Shown here in pieces: positions 1-20,660 of a stretch of DNA of 64,000 nucleotides (position 1 is the first letter of the stretch; the number at the start of each line of letters is the position of its first letter). The notes below the pieces were generated by a model. The model saw nothing but the letters and a program-made list of their open reading frames with translations, had not been told where the DNA came from and made no database searches. The position numbers were made by a program, and so were the translations under genes. This DNA comes from Flaccisagitta enflata (Eukaryota), in contig OZ231126.1 in the NCBI GenBank assembly GCA_965153355.1, forward strand, positions 4,650,001-4,714,000, given 5' to 3'.

Positions 1-310
1 AGAATGCAGGCAGTGATTAGCTAGGAGGGACACCATACCAACTATTGAGAACCATTTGGACATAGTCATATAGGGAATAGAGGAGGTCATGGACTTCGGG
101 CCGGAAGCGGAAGCATTCCGACCCGACGGTCTCATAACAATCCTCTTCCAATTATAACACGATCTCTCTCTCTTCCTCTCCAACCATCGGATATAAATAG
201 CCTCAGTAAGAGAGGAATCCAGAATTATTACACCGGCTATCGCGTTGATCATTCCTGCGTCCGAGGGAATAAAATCCCTCCAGTCAGTCAGCATACAACA
301 CAGTTCGCCA
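1..310 (+). mobile_element. Probable 3' part of an LTR (element A), followed by a primer-binding site
   Basis: TATA-like ATATAAATAG at 191-200 and AATAAA at 268-273, ending ...GCCA at 310. TGGTGGCAGC follows at 313-322, a 10-nt complement to the 3' end of tRNA-Leu and a PBS type common in Gypsy elements. No second LTR copy is in the window. Confidence 0.55.
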
Positions 311-393
311 CTTGGTGGCAGCTTTGGACACACAACCACGACAAGCTGACATCCCTCGCTACGTTACCACGCGAAGAACATCAGCCACGATCA

Positions 394-580
394 GCTCAAG
401 TCAAAGCTCAAGTCGCCAAAGCTCAAGTCAAAGCTCAAGTCGCCAAAGCTCAAGTCAAAGCTCAAGTCGCCAAAGCTCAAGTCAAAGCTCAAGTCGCCAA
501 AGCTCAAGTCAAAGCTCAAGTCGCCAAAGCTCAAGTCGCCAAAGCTCAAGTCGCCAAAGCTCAAGTCGCCAAAGCTCAAC
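394..580. repeat. Tandem repeat of 12/15-bp units (AAAGCTCAAGTC[GCC]) in the leader of element A
   Basis: Directly visible tandem array. It produces the spurious SSSQ/SSSRQ ORF 312-770. Confidence 0.9.
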
Positions 581-1549
581 AACGCGGAGTCGAAAAGAAG
601 AACGGCAAGCTTACTTGGCCTCATCGGAGTCGCCCAAAATCAATAACTTCACGCTTGAGTTGCGAAATACAGTAACGGCTCGATCCGAAAATGGACAGAA
701 GCGTGAAAAAGATCAACCCTCAATCACCAAGTCTACGCATCTTCATCACATTCGATTCGAAGTCATCTAGACTAACAATCTATCTGTTGATCATCATCGG
801 GCGATTGAGGCTACGACTGACTTTCTCAAGCTGATCGAATAACACTGGCTGCCTATAAGAAGATAGGGACGCATAAGAGGAAAATATCATCGCAAGCCAA
901 ATTCTCAACAAAGAATATTAAAGATACGAAAGTGAAATTCAAAAACATCAAAACGACTTCAAGAATTTGAAGAACAACAACGAAAGTGTTACTACTACAT
1001 ATATCAAAGCCTCGAAACGTCAACACAACCATTAACTCGGGATATTCAACCCTAAGAAAACACTCAAGAGCGAAGCGGCCTCGACGAAAATAACTCCCAA
1101 TTCATTCGAAGCGAAAAAGTCCGACCGACCAGGGAGAAGATGGCGAAGAAGTAAAAATGCGCCTCAACCGTCTTCACGTATGATTGAACGATGCGTCAAC
1201 GATCTTCGGACCACGAAAAAGCATCTTCATAATCAACGCGTATCCCGCATCAGAGTGGACGGATCATCGCACCACATCCAAGGGCATACCCTGACAATGA
1301 ATAAAAGAAACAATCAAAAATATTAGGCGGAATACAGACGAACCAACCGTAATACGGGCGCTATGACTCTAAGGAAAAGGAGTTAGGATCAGGGTCCAAA
1401 TCTAACCCAAAATAATTCGCGCGAGTCGCGGTGAGAGGGGCGAAGAAGAGGAAGAAGAATGGGAAATATTAAAGATGAGGAGGTGATTTGGAGGCGAGAC
1501 CGAAAGTATCTCGCTCTCCTTCACTCGAGTCTCAGTTAAGAAGCTAAAT

Positions 1550-3496
1550 ATGAAAACTCCAATAACTGAGTCACAAACAAATATCGGGATTAATTCCCGG
1601 ATTATCACAGAGAAATCACCATCACATACTAACATTGCCACACCACTGCCCTTCATCACACCATATTTCACCATCCCTGACACACCATCCAGCGACGACT
1701 TGACAGTCAGTCCAGCATTATCATCACTGTCATGTATGATAGAAAACCTGGACGAAGAAGAGGCGAATACGCATCAAAGCAAGCCCATCGAAGAAAGCAA
1801 CGCGCTACACTTCGGCGCATGGCCCACGATTGATCCAGTCGCGCACGCAAATAAAGTCGCCGCCATTAGGAAGATCTTTGGGTCATCAATCCACGAAAAG
1901 TCAAGTCTCGTCAGACGGCACCTGGAGGAAGAAGGAAGAGAAAAATTAGAAGATCCAACATCATCGTGGAGATTGGATTACGCGGACCGACCGACCGACC
2001 CTCCAAATCAAGCACCAAAGAATAAAGCCGCGCTAAAGCAAGTTATCTTCCCGGACTCTTCAGCCCCAAGAAGCCAAAAGTCAAAGAGACCAAAGCCAGT
2101 ATACACCGCAGAAGAATTAAAGAAAAGACAAGAACAAGCCGCCTACGCACGGACAGCAAAAAAGCTCAAGAGGCAAAAACTCGCGCAAACACCCATCTCA
2201 CCGACAATTCGAATCGAGAAGCTCAGCAAGAACACAGCCAGGGAGAAGACGAAGACGGCGGACGCTTCTACTTCTACGAGGATCGACCAAGAAGTACAAA
2301 CGAAGATCGAAGACGTCGGTGACGACCAAGAAATCATCGAAATCAGCGACGACGACGGCGAAAGCGACGTGAAGATCGAGAACGAAGACGTCGGAGACGA
2401 CCATCGCGACGGCGAAAAAGAAAGGGCACCAACGGCGCAGCGTCACGTCATACAAGACTTCCCCAATATACCGTCTTGTGCCTGCGAAATCAACGTACAG
2501 ACCGAACAGCCGACAGACGATCCTCCACAGATTAGTGACTCAAACGAAAATCAAGCAGTGCAAAGCGGCAGCTGCAGTAATCCGACGGTGGCGGAGCATC
2601 AGCAGCATCAGCAGTACATCCTCAGCGGCGAAGTAGCAGCGCTTCTCCTGCAGCAGCAGCAACCGTCGATATCCAGCAGCCAGGAAGCTGGACCAGCGGA
2701 TCAGCAGCAGATCGTCACCACGGTTGTAGAGAACATTCAATGGGCAGATAATCTTTCCTTCGCCATGGATCCAAGTCAAGTGCCAGCAACACCCTTAAGA
2801 CAAGGAACGAGCAGCATGAATAATGGAAGCATCGTGCAGCAAGCGGCAGCAGCAAGCAATATCCCCACCGGAAACACACCGGAAACAATCTTCACGCCGG
2901 CGATGCAAACAACAACAAACATTCCAAACCAAAGTATCACCCCGGCGATACAAACAACAAACATTCCAAGCCAAAATATCAACATCCAACAACAACAAAA
3001 TGTAACTTCCGTCTCGATCGGTCAACAAAATCAACACCCGGCCGGGCAAAATCAACAACAACAACTTCCGGCCATAGCAAACCAAAACAATCACGCATTC
3101 GGAATGCCAATCTTGCCAACACACCACGCATTTCCGTTCATGACTGCGGCCATTCAAAACAATAATCCAAATAGGCCGACATTCGCCATTCAAGGATCAC
3201 ATCAACAACAAATAAACGATCAACCGGAAAATTATGCGACAAGCAAATACCCTCCACCCGGGTACGATTGCGAGGTCACCACCACCGGCGCACAGACATT
3301 CAAAACAATCAGAAATACCCGGAAGAATGTCAGGGCCGCTCCCAAGAACTCCAACTCCGTCCATCGCGATCCCGCCGAATTCCAACCACGGAGGAATAAT
3401 TCGCGCCCCGACCATTCCAATGAGACCGCACTGCCCTTGGTGTCAACAAGTCGCACAATGGGAACATCACGCGAGAATGACGGCGCACCAAGCTAA
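1550..3496 (+). CDS. 648-aa low-complexity ORF (Q/N/P/S-rich, acidic and basic blocks) inside element A; function unknown
   Basis: Long ATG-initiated open frame with a basic NLS-like helix (EELKKRQEQAAYARTAKKLKRQK). No Gag zinc knuckle, protease, RT or integrase motif. An in-frame upstream extension is broken by a TGA near 1484. Confidence 0.55.
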   Translation: MKTPITESQTNIGINSRIITEKSPSHTNIATPLPFITPYFTIPDTPSSDDLTVSPALSSLSCMIENLDEEEANTHQSKPIEESNALHFGAWPTIDPVAHANKVAAIRKIFGSSIHEKSSLVRRHLEEEGREKLEDPTSSWRLDYADRPTDPPNQAPKNKAALKQVIFPDSSAPRSQKSKRPKPVYTAEELKKRQEQAAYARTAKKLKRQKLAQTPISPTIRIEKLSKNTAREKTKTADASTSTRIDQEVQTKIEDVGDDQEIIEISDDDGESDVKIENEDVGDDHRDGEKERAPTAQRHVIQDFPNIPSCACEINVQTEQPTDDPPQISDSNENQAVQSGSCSNPTVAEHQQHQQYILSGEVAALLLQQQQPSISSSQEAGPADQQQIVTTVVENIQWADNLSFAMDPSQVPATPLRQGTSSMNNGSIVQQAAAASNIPTGNTPETIFTPAMQTTTNIPNQSITPAIQTTNIPSQNINIQQQQNVTSVSIGQQNQHPAGQNQQQQLPAIANQNNHAFGMPILPTHHAFPFMTAAIQNNNPNRPTFAIQGSHQQQINDQPENYATSKYPPPGYDCEVTTTGAQTFKTIRNTRKNVRAAPKNSNSVHRDPAEFQPRRNNSRPDHSNETALPLVSTSRTMGTSRENDGAPS

Positions 3497-3929
3497 AGAA
3501 ATGACAGACATATCAAAGAGTGCTAAATACCACGCAGAAAAATTGAGGGATCACGGATGCCCACCACCCCCTCCCCCACTTCCACCTCAGTGAGGGCCGA
3601 TGAGAATAAACAATGTACATAGGACCTTGATCGTGAGAACGAAAATTAGAATGTAGAACGTAAATATTGTTAGCAAATTATTGGCAGCATAATTCGTTGT
3701 TGTTGTTAGAAATTCCGCATATTCTTTATTTTCATTAGAAAATTAAAATTTGAATTCCAGGTTTTTTTAAGCAAACCGAAATTCTGAAGTTGGCTTTAAT
3801 TCAAAATCGAGTAAAAACATTGCATCTATACAATAACAAACAATTGGCACTTTCGAATGCAAAACAATCGCAAGTAGCAGAATTGAATGAAAACAAAGAG
3901 GAAAAACATTTCAAAGTCGAACGAATGGC

Positions 3930-4056
3930 GTGATGGATTCCAGCCAAAACTTTTCCAATTCGACGGAAATAAACTCGGCTGCAGACATCGACGCTTCATT
4001 AATGCCACCGCCGCCACCGCTGCAACATAAATCCTACGCAACGGCGGCGATATCGG

Positions 4057-4087
<31 letters not shown>

Positions 4088-4560
4088 CAGCGATAATCAA
4101 TCGGAAGACTCACCATTGAGAAGGTTGATAAACAATTACGATCCAAGAGTTCCAGCTTTCATCCAACTGGACTCAGAAGACACGTTCCCTCCATATCAAT
4201 CTTCACTCATCGACAAGAAGACACCACCTAAAGGCAACAAAAAGAAAAAAGATCAATTACAGGAGGAAGAGTCGACGTCAACCGAGAAGCCAAAAGGGAG
4301 GCGTAAAACAACACCAAAAAGAGTAGCATCAACAATCAACAAACCCGGCGACGCCGACTCAACATCATCACCACCAACATATCAGCAACCGGGCATTCAC
4401 ATTAACTTTCAACCTTCAACTCTACAATATCCGGGTCCACAACCACGCCCACCCACAAGTCAATTGAATCAAAATTCATCGACATCCGACAAACCGGCAA
4501 CCCTACATCACCATCCAAGCAACAATCAAGGACCATCATCAGAAACGTCAACCGTCAACA
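3930..4560 (+). CDS. Second low-complexity ORF or exon of element A, truncated where AT-rich host sequence begins
   Basis: Same P/Q/S/K-rich composition as 1550-3496. It is separated from that ORF by an AT-rich spacer with a TTCCAG acceptor-like site at 3760. Composition switches abruptly near 4565. Confidence 0.35.
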
Positions 4561-5624
4561 CTGTCACGCTTTATTTTTATTTGAAATTAGTTTATTTTTT
4601 TTAACATAGTTTATTAGTTATATTTTTGAGTTATGTTGTAACTCTAAATATCGCTCTGGTGGACACATTTATTGAAAGAAATATTCTTATTTCAAAGTCT
4701 AAGTTATTTATGTGGTGCCATGTTTTTGTGGTGCCCACTGGTTTAGCACTTCTGTATAAATTAAAAGTAATCTGTTATAATTATCTTTGGGGTATGATCG
4801 TGACTCCACATATGGCAAGTTTTAGTATAAGTAATGTTATCCACTCAAAAATGATTTCAAGATGACTCTGTTAGACTAAGAAATGTTCATCCAACATAAA
4901 ATCACCAGATTTCCAAACCATTAGTAATTTCAATCAAAGAATATAGTTCATTCTCCATTGAATCGTGACGCTGAAACACGTTCCATTCATTCTTCCATCG
5001 TTCTTATATCAGAACTTACAGAAAGACATAAATACTTATTTCACAAGATTACAGTTTTATTGACGCAAAGGAAATATGTATTAAAAAGTTATCTATTATA
5101 ACTGAGTTATGTCAAATATGACATAAACTAAATGCGTGACATTAAATATAGTGTATCAGTAAGTAACTGCTTGTAATTTTAGAAACAGTTTATTGTATTT
5201 TGAACAGACATCATCATCACGTTCGCGTTCGCTATTAAAATGGAGATAAGATACGCGGTTTCATTGATACAATGTTCAACATACTTTCATCCAAGATACG
5301 ATTGGTTCTGAAGAACATATTCATCTTCACTGTTGGCAATGGCATTGATACCGGATTGAATGCCTCGCCGTGTTATAGTGCCTGACTTGTCCTATTTCGT
5401 AAGCTCCAGCAATACGTTGTTGTATCTCTGAATCGCTGCAGTTTCGCTGGTTCGACGCCATCAAACGTCACAAATTTCGCGAGTTCAGTATTCAACGATT
5501 TCTCATAACACGATAAAGACAATCATTTAAATACGTCGTCATGATTAATAGCAAGAATATAGGCCTACTTCTTTAAGAAACAAAGGTCGATACGGTTGAT
5601 GAGTGTTGATCATTAACAGCATCT

Positions 5625-7095
5625 TAAATTCCATCAGATATCCTTAGCCCCATCAGAGCCCTTTGTCGAGGCCAGAAATTTATCATCGCGTTATAGTTAG
5701 TTCCCAGTTCCATCAGACGATCCTCTGTTTACCATGATCATTTCCTAGCTCTAGTTAGCAGGATGAACTTCCGATTTGCCAAATATCGACATTTTCACGT
5801 GAGATAACACCTGAAATAGTAGCTAAAATGTAATGTTGGCTACTCATGGGAAAATGCCATTATTGAAACATTCATAATCAGTACTGGTATGTTTAATGGG
5901 ACAGTACCATCAGTGCCATAATTTTCACAACGTTTCTGATGAATCTTTGAATGATTCAAATGAGTGTTGATTATTTAAAAAAAGATACATGACAACCAAC
6001 ACATAGACGGAATTTAATTTGCAATTTGTAATTAAAAAATAATCATGACCAAATATACTTTTTGTTTCAGAGGAGTAACTGATTTTCAAGACTAAGTTAT
6101 TTTATGTTATGTATAAAAATAATCAAATTTATCTGGCTCATATTTCAAAATAACAGACAATAAATTGGTAAAGGAAATACATGAACATGTTTTGGTCATT
6201 TTTCTGTTTCATTATATAAATTTGTTATCAACAGTCATCATTAATTAGATATGAAACAGTACCTGGAGACTTTTTAAACTACTGTCATTGTTCTATATAC
6301 AAGACAATAGTGTCTTGACATGTAAATTTACCCTTCTCTGATAACAATGAAGCAGAAAAAATGACCAAAAAAACATGTTCCATGTCAATTTCAGCTTTGC
6401 CAGTATTGTCTATTTGATTTTTTTGAAGCCTGTAGGCCCCTGGGATAGGGTCCCCAGATTATCCTTACCTTTTATACTGCTACTCAACACCAAATAACAG
6501 TATCTTGAAATCAAATTTACTCCTCCAATCATAATGAAGAAGAAACAAAAAAAAAAATTGTAATTTTGGTCATATTTGGCTTTTTTAGCCAATTTGGGCC
6601 CCACTGGGGCCCCTTGCAGGTTCTTTCAGGGGCTCCCGTCCCCTATATCTTAGTTATCATACTCTACTTTAAAATATCTTTCAAACAAGATCATTTCAAA
6701 GATTTTCTATCAAACCGTTATCAAGTTATGAAGACTTTTCGATGGTACTTTAATCCCATTAAGCATACCAGGATTACTGATTATGAATGATTTTCAATAG
6801 CCGGCATTTTCCCATGAAATGTAGCATTACATTTTTTTTAGCTTCACCCCCTTCAGATGTTAACTCTCCATGAGAAAATGCATCGGTGGGCTAACAATCA
6901 GATAATTCATCCCCTACTTATAGAGCTAGGAATGGTCTGATAGAGCTAGGGATAGGTCTGATGGAGCTAGGGATAGCTGCGGATTAATAACGCCCGGCGG
7001 GATAGGTCTGATAGAGCTAGGAATGATCTGATAGAGCTAGGGATAGGTCTGATGGAGCTAGGGATATCTCTGATGGAGCTAGGGATAGCTAATTA
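5625..7095. mobile_element. Degenerate foldback/MITE-like element with long inverted arms
   Basis: CATTCATAATCAGTACTGGTATGTTTAATGGG (about 5870-5900) is the approximate reverse complement of CCCATTAAGCATACCAGGATTACTGATTATGAATG (about 6755-6790). The right arm carries 20-bp TCTGATAGAGCTAGGGATAGG repeats. Boundaries are approximate. Confidence 0.55.
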
Positions 7096-7227
7096 ATGAC
7101 GCTCGGCGCACCATCTTGGCCCGTGTATCCGGCCTTGTTTTTTTCTTAAGGCGAAATTTTATGACTGGCGCATTGGTCATAGCGTTATTTGACTGTATTT
7201 AAATGATTGTCTTTATCATTATTGTAG

Positions 7228-15111
<7,884 letters not shown>

Positions 15112-15893
15112 GTTAAGACGAATATGAATAAAGATGTAACCAATACTGTAATTCAATAGAATTTAAAGAAACATGAATACAGTAAAGCAATTTAAATAAC
15201 GTGTATAATTCGCTTGAAAAGCGCATGTCGCTTGCATTGTGAGTAAAATTGAGGTAATAGTTGAAATCTGCGAAAGGTTTGTTTCTACCCCTGACAATCG
15301 CGTTTTATATGGGCCATTTGGTCGCTCGGTCGCTGATTGCTTGCACCTATCACTCCGCTCACTCGCCCCGCTGCGGTCTGCTCGCTCGTTACGATCACAG
15401 GCATCTTTGTCTTGCTCTTTGACCATTAGCGATGTGCGAAAATTGATTATATATAAGTAACAGTTCATTACCAGAAGCAATTATATTTCGACGCTTGCCA
15501 ATAACTTTGCTGAGGCCTTTACCCGATTACTTACAACAATCAGTTTCGTTCCGTAGTTAGCAAATAGTTTCGTGAGTGCCCCAACAACGCTTTTCGTATT
15601 CCATTATAAATAGCTCAATCGTAAAAAAAAAATAAAGAAAAAAAAAAGACCTTCATGTCTCTGATTCGTCAATGTAAGGTAGAGTTGGGATTAAAGCCGC
15701 ATTAGTAACGACTTTCTCCAGATGTGTACTGATGCAATAAGTAATGGGATAAATGATAATTGATAAAACATCACCTAGCGTATTCATCCTTTTAAATCAA
15801 ATGTAACCATGCTTTGAAAGATGAAACTTAATCACTCATCTCATTGTCATCAATGTCACCGCATTTGCGAGTCTAAGTCTAACCTTTGGTCGA

Positions 15894-15986
<93 letters not shown>

Positions 15987-16096
15987 CACACGCACGCACG
16001 CACACAACCAAAGTAAGAAACATGTTTTTTTTTCAAGTTGGATGTTTTACGGAAAGCGAAAACAGAAGTCAAAACAGCTTTTTTTTTCAATACCAT

Positions 16097-16968
16097 TACA
16101 CTTTTTTTCTTTTATAAGCACGCACCTTTTTCAGCTGAGGCTGAGCGTGCTTAGCAAAATCTCATTTTCGAGGCTAAAATGTGCTTAAATATGTGCTTAT
16201 CAATTATCGGTAAGTAATTATCCTATTCAGTATAAAACTAAAGGTGTGTCTGCATTATTCAGCTTATTCGGATATTTCATTTTATATTAACATCCGGATA
16301 TTTCATGTAGTAAATTTTGTAAATTTACTATGTAGAATATCCGGATATTGATATCCAGATAAATTATCCAAATAATATGGTGAATGCAGACGCACCCTTA
16401 GTACGGAGTAGGGTATAGAAACAGTATAGCATAGAGTACTATATAGTATAGAATGAGGTATAGTATAAAATAGAGTAATAAATGTATTTTGTATAAAAAT
16501 ATGATATCTTTAACTGACGTTGTCCTACTTTCATATAAACCATGGGATAAAATTAGTATCTTGATTTAATATGAATTTTTTTTAGATTTGTATTTTATAC
16601 TATATCATGATATATTATTTGTTTTAGGTGGTCCTTAATATTGTGTTATAGTAGTAAAGTCTTAGTAACAATAATATTTTAACAATGATATTCTTGAACA
16701 TTATAAAAAATTTAATTATTTCTATCCTGAACATACTGACAGATTGATAATATGGTCAATTTCAAATTCTATCAAAGTTTCTTTTGGTTTTTTGCGAAAT
16801 TTCAACTGAAAATATCTAAAAATTGGCATATTTTTATAGATTCGCCAAAAATTTTTTTCAAATCAGAAATCTCAGCCTGGAGCGTGCTTAGCAATGTGCT
16901 TAAATTTTCTCAATATTTGAGGCTGGGCGTGCTTATAAACGAGGTGCTTATAAAAAGAAAAAAGTGTA
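16097..16968. mobile_element. Tc1/mariner-type MITE with a nested ~160-bp MITE at about 16241-16398
   Basis: TIRs TACACTTTTTTTCTTTTATAAGCAC / GTGCTTATAAAAGAAAAAAAGTGTA with TA at both ends. The inner TIR pair is AGGTGTGTCTGCATT / AATGCAGACGCACCC. Confidence 0.75.
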
Positions 16969-18430
16969 TTCTAGGAAATAATCGATCAAACAATAAAATC
17001 AATATGTCTGTCAATCTACCGATCTATTTATCTTTCTCTTTTTAGATGCGTCCGTCAGGAACGCATCTCTATAAGAGGGTCTGTCCGTCCGTCCGTCCGT
17101 CCGTCCGTCCGTCGGTCCGTCGGTCCGTCCATGACACCTGTGCGAAAACCGCGTTTCTCAGCTGATTTAGGCCATGGTGAGATCCTATACTGAATCTAGT
17201 GATCAACAAACGCGTTTTGGGAGTCTCCTTCACAACTCGCTTCATCTGTCTTAGAGACCGATCTAGAGAAATGCGACTTTCAACCGCAGTCGAAAACGCC
17301 TTTTGTTCAAAACTCAACTACCTGTAAGAAGCGCCCCTTGTGACCGCTAATCTTCACGGATTGACGTCATTCTTTTTTTTACGAGTAGCAGACGTCCTAC
17401 GCTTTCTGACTTTTTAGGTTTCGGAAATTGTTTTAATTTTTTTTAATGTTTACGGTACTGTTTTATTGAACTCTCTGTTAAACTTTCGCCTCCTCTCCAA
17501 AACTTGGAAGCTGTCTGATTTCGGACGTGATCGAAAGCAGTTTCGAAGTAAAGAAAGAAGTTCCGTCTGAGAATTTGTAATGGTTTGTTTTTAATCGCAC
17601 AACATCGTTGAATTTTTATCTATATTTGTTGTTTTTCTTCCCTTCTTAGTTGCGGACACGCAACTCTATAAGAGGCTTTGTCCGTTGGTCCGTCTGTTCG
17701 TCGGTCCGTCAGTCTGTGATGATCGAGTCGAAAAGTGGGAAAACGCGCATTTCCGCCTCTGCCCACCCGTCCGCAACTGTTGGCCGTGTTTCCGGCCGTG
17801 TATCCGGCCGTGTATCCGGCCGTGTATCCGGCCTTGTTACAGAATTTTTAGTCTCGGGGTGGGGTGGGTTGTGTCCCTGCGCAACGATATCGTAACCTTG
17901 TATTTGCACGTAGTAGTATTGAAATCGATATTTTCTTATCAATATTAGAAATTTCGTAAATGCAATAGTCTATAAACTAGCCCTCCCCCATGTAATTCGT
18001 AATTTTAAGTCAGGGATACGCGAGACTCTGAGCAGACGTTACGCGCTTTCTGACTTTTTAAAAATTATTATAGAATAATGTCTCTCTTCTGCATATGAGA
18101 CGGTTTAATTGATACCTCTCCTGCTACGCCGCAGACTTCTATTCCTCTATTCCTAATGAAGAACTAGCGGAGAAATAGTCAGTTGAAAATGTAAAAAGAA
18201 AATCCCAAAGCGCATTTGCTTTAAGACTGTCGGACGGACGGACAAAGCGGGGTGGAGTCGCGTAGCTTAGAACTAAAACAAGGCCAGATACACGGCTACC
18301 CCAGTCGCTTGGGGTGGGCAGGAGCAGCGCTTGAGAAGTTCACCAGAGCATTTGGGCAGGTGCAGTAGGCCCAAAAAGCTAAAAGACGCCGAAAAAGTTA
18401 AAAGGGGAACGACCGACCTACCGACCAATG

Positions 18431-19375
18431 CACTAAGGGCCATGGATTGCGCTAGATGGCTCCTTGGGTATTTGGGTGAAAATTTTCATCTCTGCTATTT
18501 GGCTCAAACTAAGTAGAATGGTCATGGTAGCATTTGAGCATATATTATCGGTCCATATGACAGGGTTTATGGCAATTTAGAGTGAAAAAAGGCGACCTTA
18601 ATGGACATTAATATAAAAAATGCTAAATTTCAAGAAAAATCAATGAATTTTTTGGATTTTCTGTTAAGATTACAAAAAGCTCATGATATCTTCAATATTG
18701 GATTAGATTCCTTCATCAATGTCTAAATGTCTGGAAAAATTTTAAAAATCATTATTTTTTACATTATTAGCACTTTTAAATCAGTCTACTATTACTACAT
18801 ATCTGACCTAATTTGCATGGTTTTATTATCCTATGAATGTAAAAAATCGCACAAGGACGCACAATGAGCGACCTATGCCAAAATGTAGTTCAAGGGGTCC
18901 TGAATCCAGAATGCTATGGCTTAAGTGGGCCTTTGACGTCCAAATTGCGATTTTTTTGGCCTAAAATGGACAAGTGATTATGTGGATGAAAGTAAAAATC
19001 TATATTTGATTGGAAGAAAAATGAGCAAAATGAGCAAAAAAATGATTTTTTTGAGCACCTTATTAAGGAATCTTATTGAGCAAATACAAAAATTTAATTG
19101 ATTTGGTCAAAACATTAGACAATTTGAATACCAAATGTAAGTGAGTTTAGCAGTATTTTTCACTTTTTCTCAAATTTCTTTCTTTTGTACCCTAAACTCA
19201 TAAAGCTCTTAATCCAATAGAATTGAGTCAATATTGGATATAAATAGTTTCATAACATCTGAAAATATGCAGAAAAATGTTTTTCACTCTGTTTATTTCA
19301 TAAGGAACAATGAAATGGAAAAGATGTAATGTTAATCCCCAATGAGCCACCTAGCGCACAATGCAGCCCACAGTG
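18431..19375. mobile_element. Non-autonomous Transib (RAG-like superfamily) element
   Basis: Termini CACTAAG.../...CACAGTG with roughly 38-bp imperfect TIRs. Exact 5-bp target-site duplication CAATG at 18426-18430 and 19376-19380. Confidence 0.75.
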
Positions 19376-19580
19376 CAATGGTATTTGATAGAAATGATGT
19401 AACAGTTATATTGATTTGCCAATAGTAGAGAAAGTATAGTCGCGAATTGTTTCCATGGCTAATAAGGAATTGCTAATTGTTGGGGGAGCCGGGTGTAGAG
19501 TCGCGTAGCACGCGACTAAAAAACATTATTTGCAAAACTTTTTCCGTCAGTTGGTTGGTCAATAACGCATTTGTCCGATG

Positions 19581-20660
19581 CGGCCAGGAATCTCGATGGA
19601 GAAAATCTCAGTTTTAAGGGTTATGAAAAAAAAAAATGGACCCATCCCAGATTTTTGCACAGGGGACCTAAAAAGGCTGTAGAACAAGATTCTGATGTTC
19701 ATTTTGACCTAACTTGAGCCAAAAAAAAAAGAAACGGGTTTTAGTGCAAAAAACAGCTATTTTTCCTAAAAAAATGGCATTAAATGAAATATTTTGGCCC
19801 TTTTTTTTGCAGAAACATAAAGTACCAATAGTAATTGATATTTGAGTGAATGTAGAACAATTTTTGATCGGTCTATGAGGTTCAAAAATAGCATTAAAAT
19901 GCTCAAAAATGAAGAAATGACCTAAGAATTAAAAAATCGTCAAAACTGATGATTTGGAACAGTTTCTTAGGGAAAAATATGCTGTCAGTATGAATTTCAT
20001 TGATTTACTTAAAAAAACATGGCCGTGATAAGTGAAAAACGCAAAACCGCAATATGCAAATGAGATCAAAGTGCGATTTTTGCAAAAAATGGCAAAACAT
20101 GTTTTTTCTTTTTATAGAAGCTAAACACAATAAAATATTGAGTACTTACCTTTCCAAAGCCATTTTTTGCAAAAACCGCACTTTGACCTCATTTGCATAT
20201 TGCGGTTTTGCGTTTTTCGCTTATCACGGCTATGTTTTTTTAAGTAAATGGATGAAATTCATACTGACAGCATATTTTACCCTTAGAAACTGTTCCAAAA
20301 CATCAGTTTTGACAATTTCTTGATTTTTAGGTCATTTCTTCATTTTTGAGCATTTTAATGCTATTTTTGAACCTCATAGACCGATTCAAAATTGTTCTAG
20401 AGTCACTCAAATATCAATTACTATTGGGACTTTATGTTTCTGTAAAAAAAAAGTCAAAAAAATTTCATTTAATACTATTTTTTTAGGAAAAATAGCCGTT
20501 TTTTGCAATAAAAACCGTTTCTTTTTTTTTTGGCTCAAGTCAGGTCAAAATGAACATCAGAATCTTGTTCTACAGCCTTTTTAGGTCCCCTGTGCAAAAA
20601 TCTGGGATGGGTCCATTTTTTTTTTTTTTTGGGGGATTTTGCAAGTGAGACTTCTGGCCG
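19581..20660. mobile_element. ~1.1-kb palindromic foldback DNA element
   Basis: Arms at about 19627-20095 and 20160-20630 are near-perfect reverse complements. Termini CGGCCAGGAATCTC / GAGACTTCTGGCCG, with a 4-bp flanking duplication GATG. Confidence 0.85.

Noticed and set aside
5200-5560. Coding-like stretch on the minus strand
   Set aside because: Interrupted by stops in the frames checked and no family recognised; at most a decayed TE remnant.
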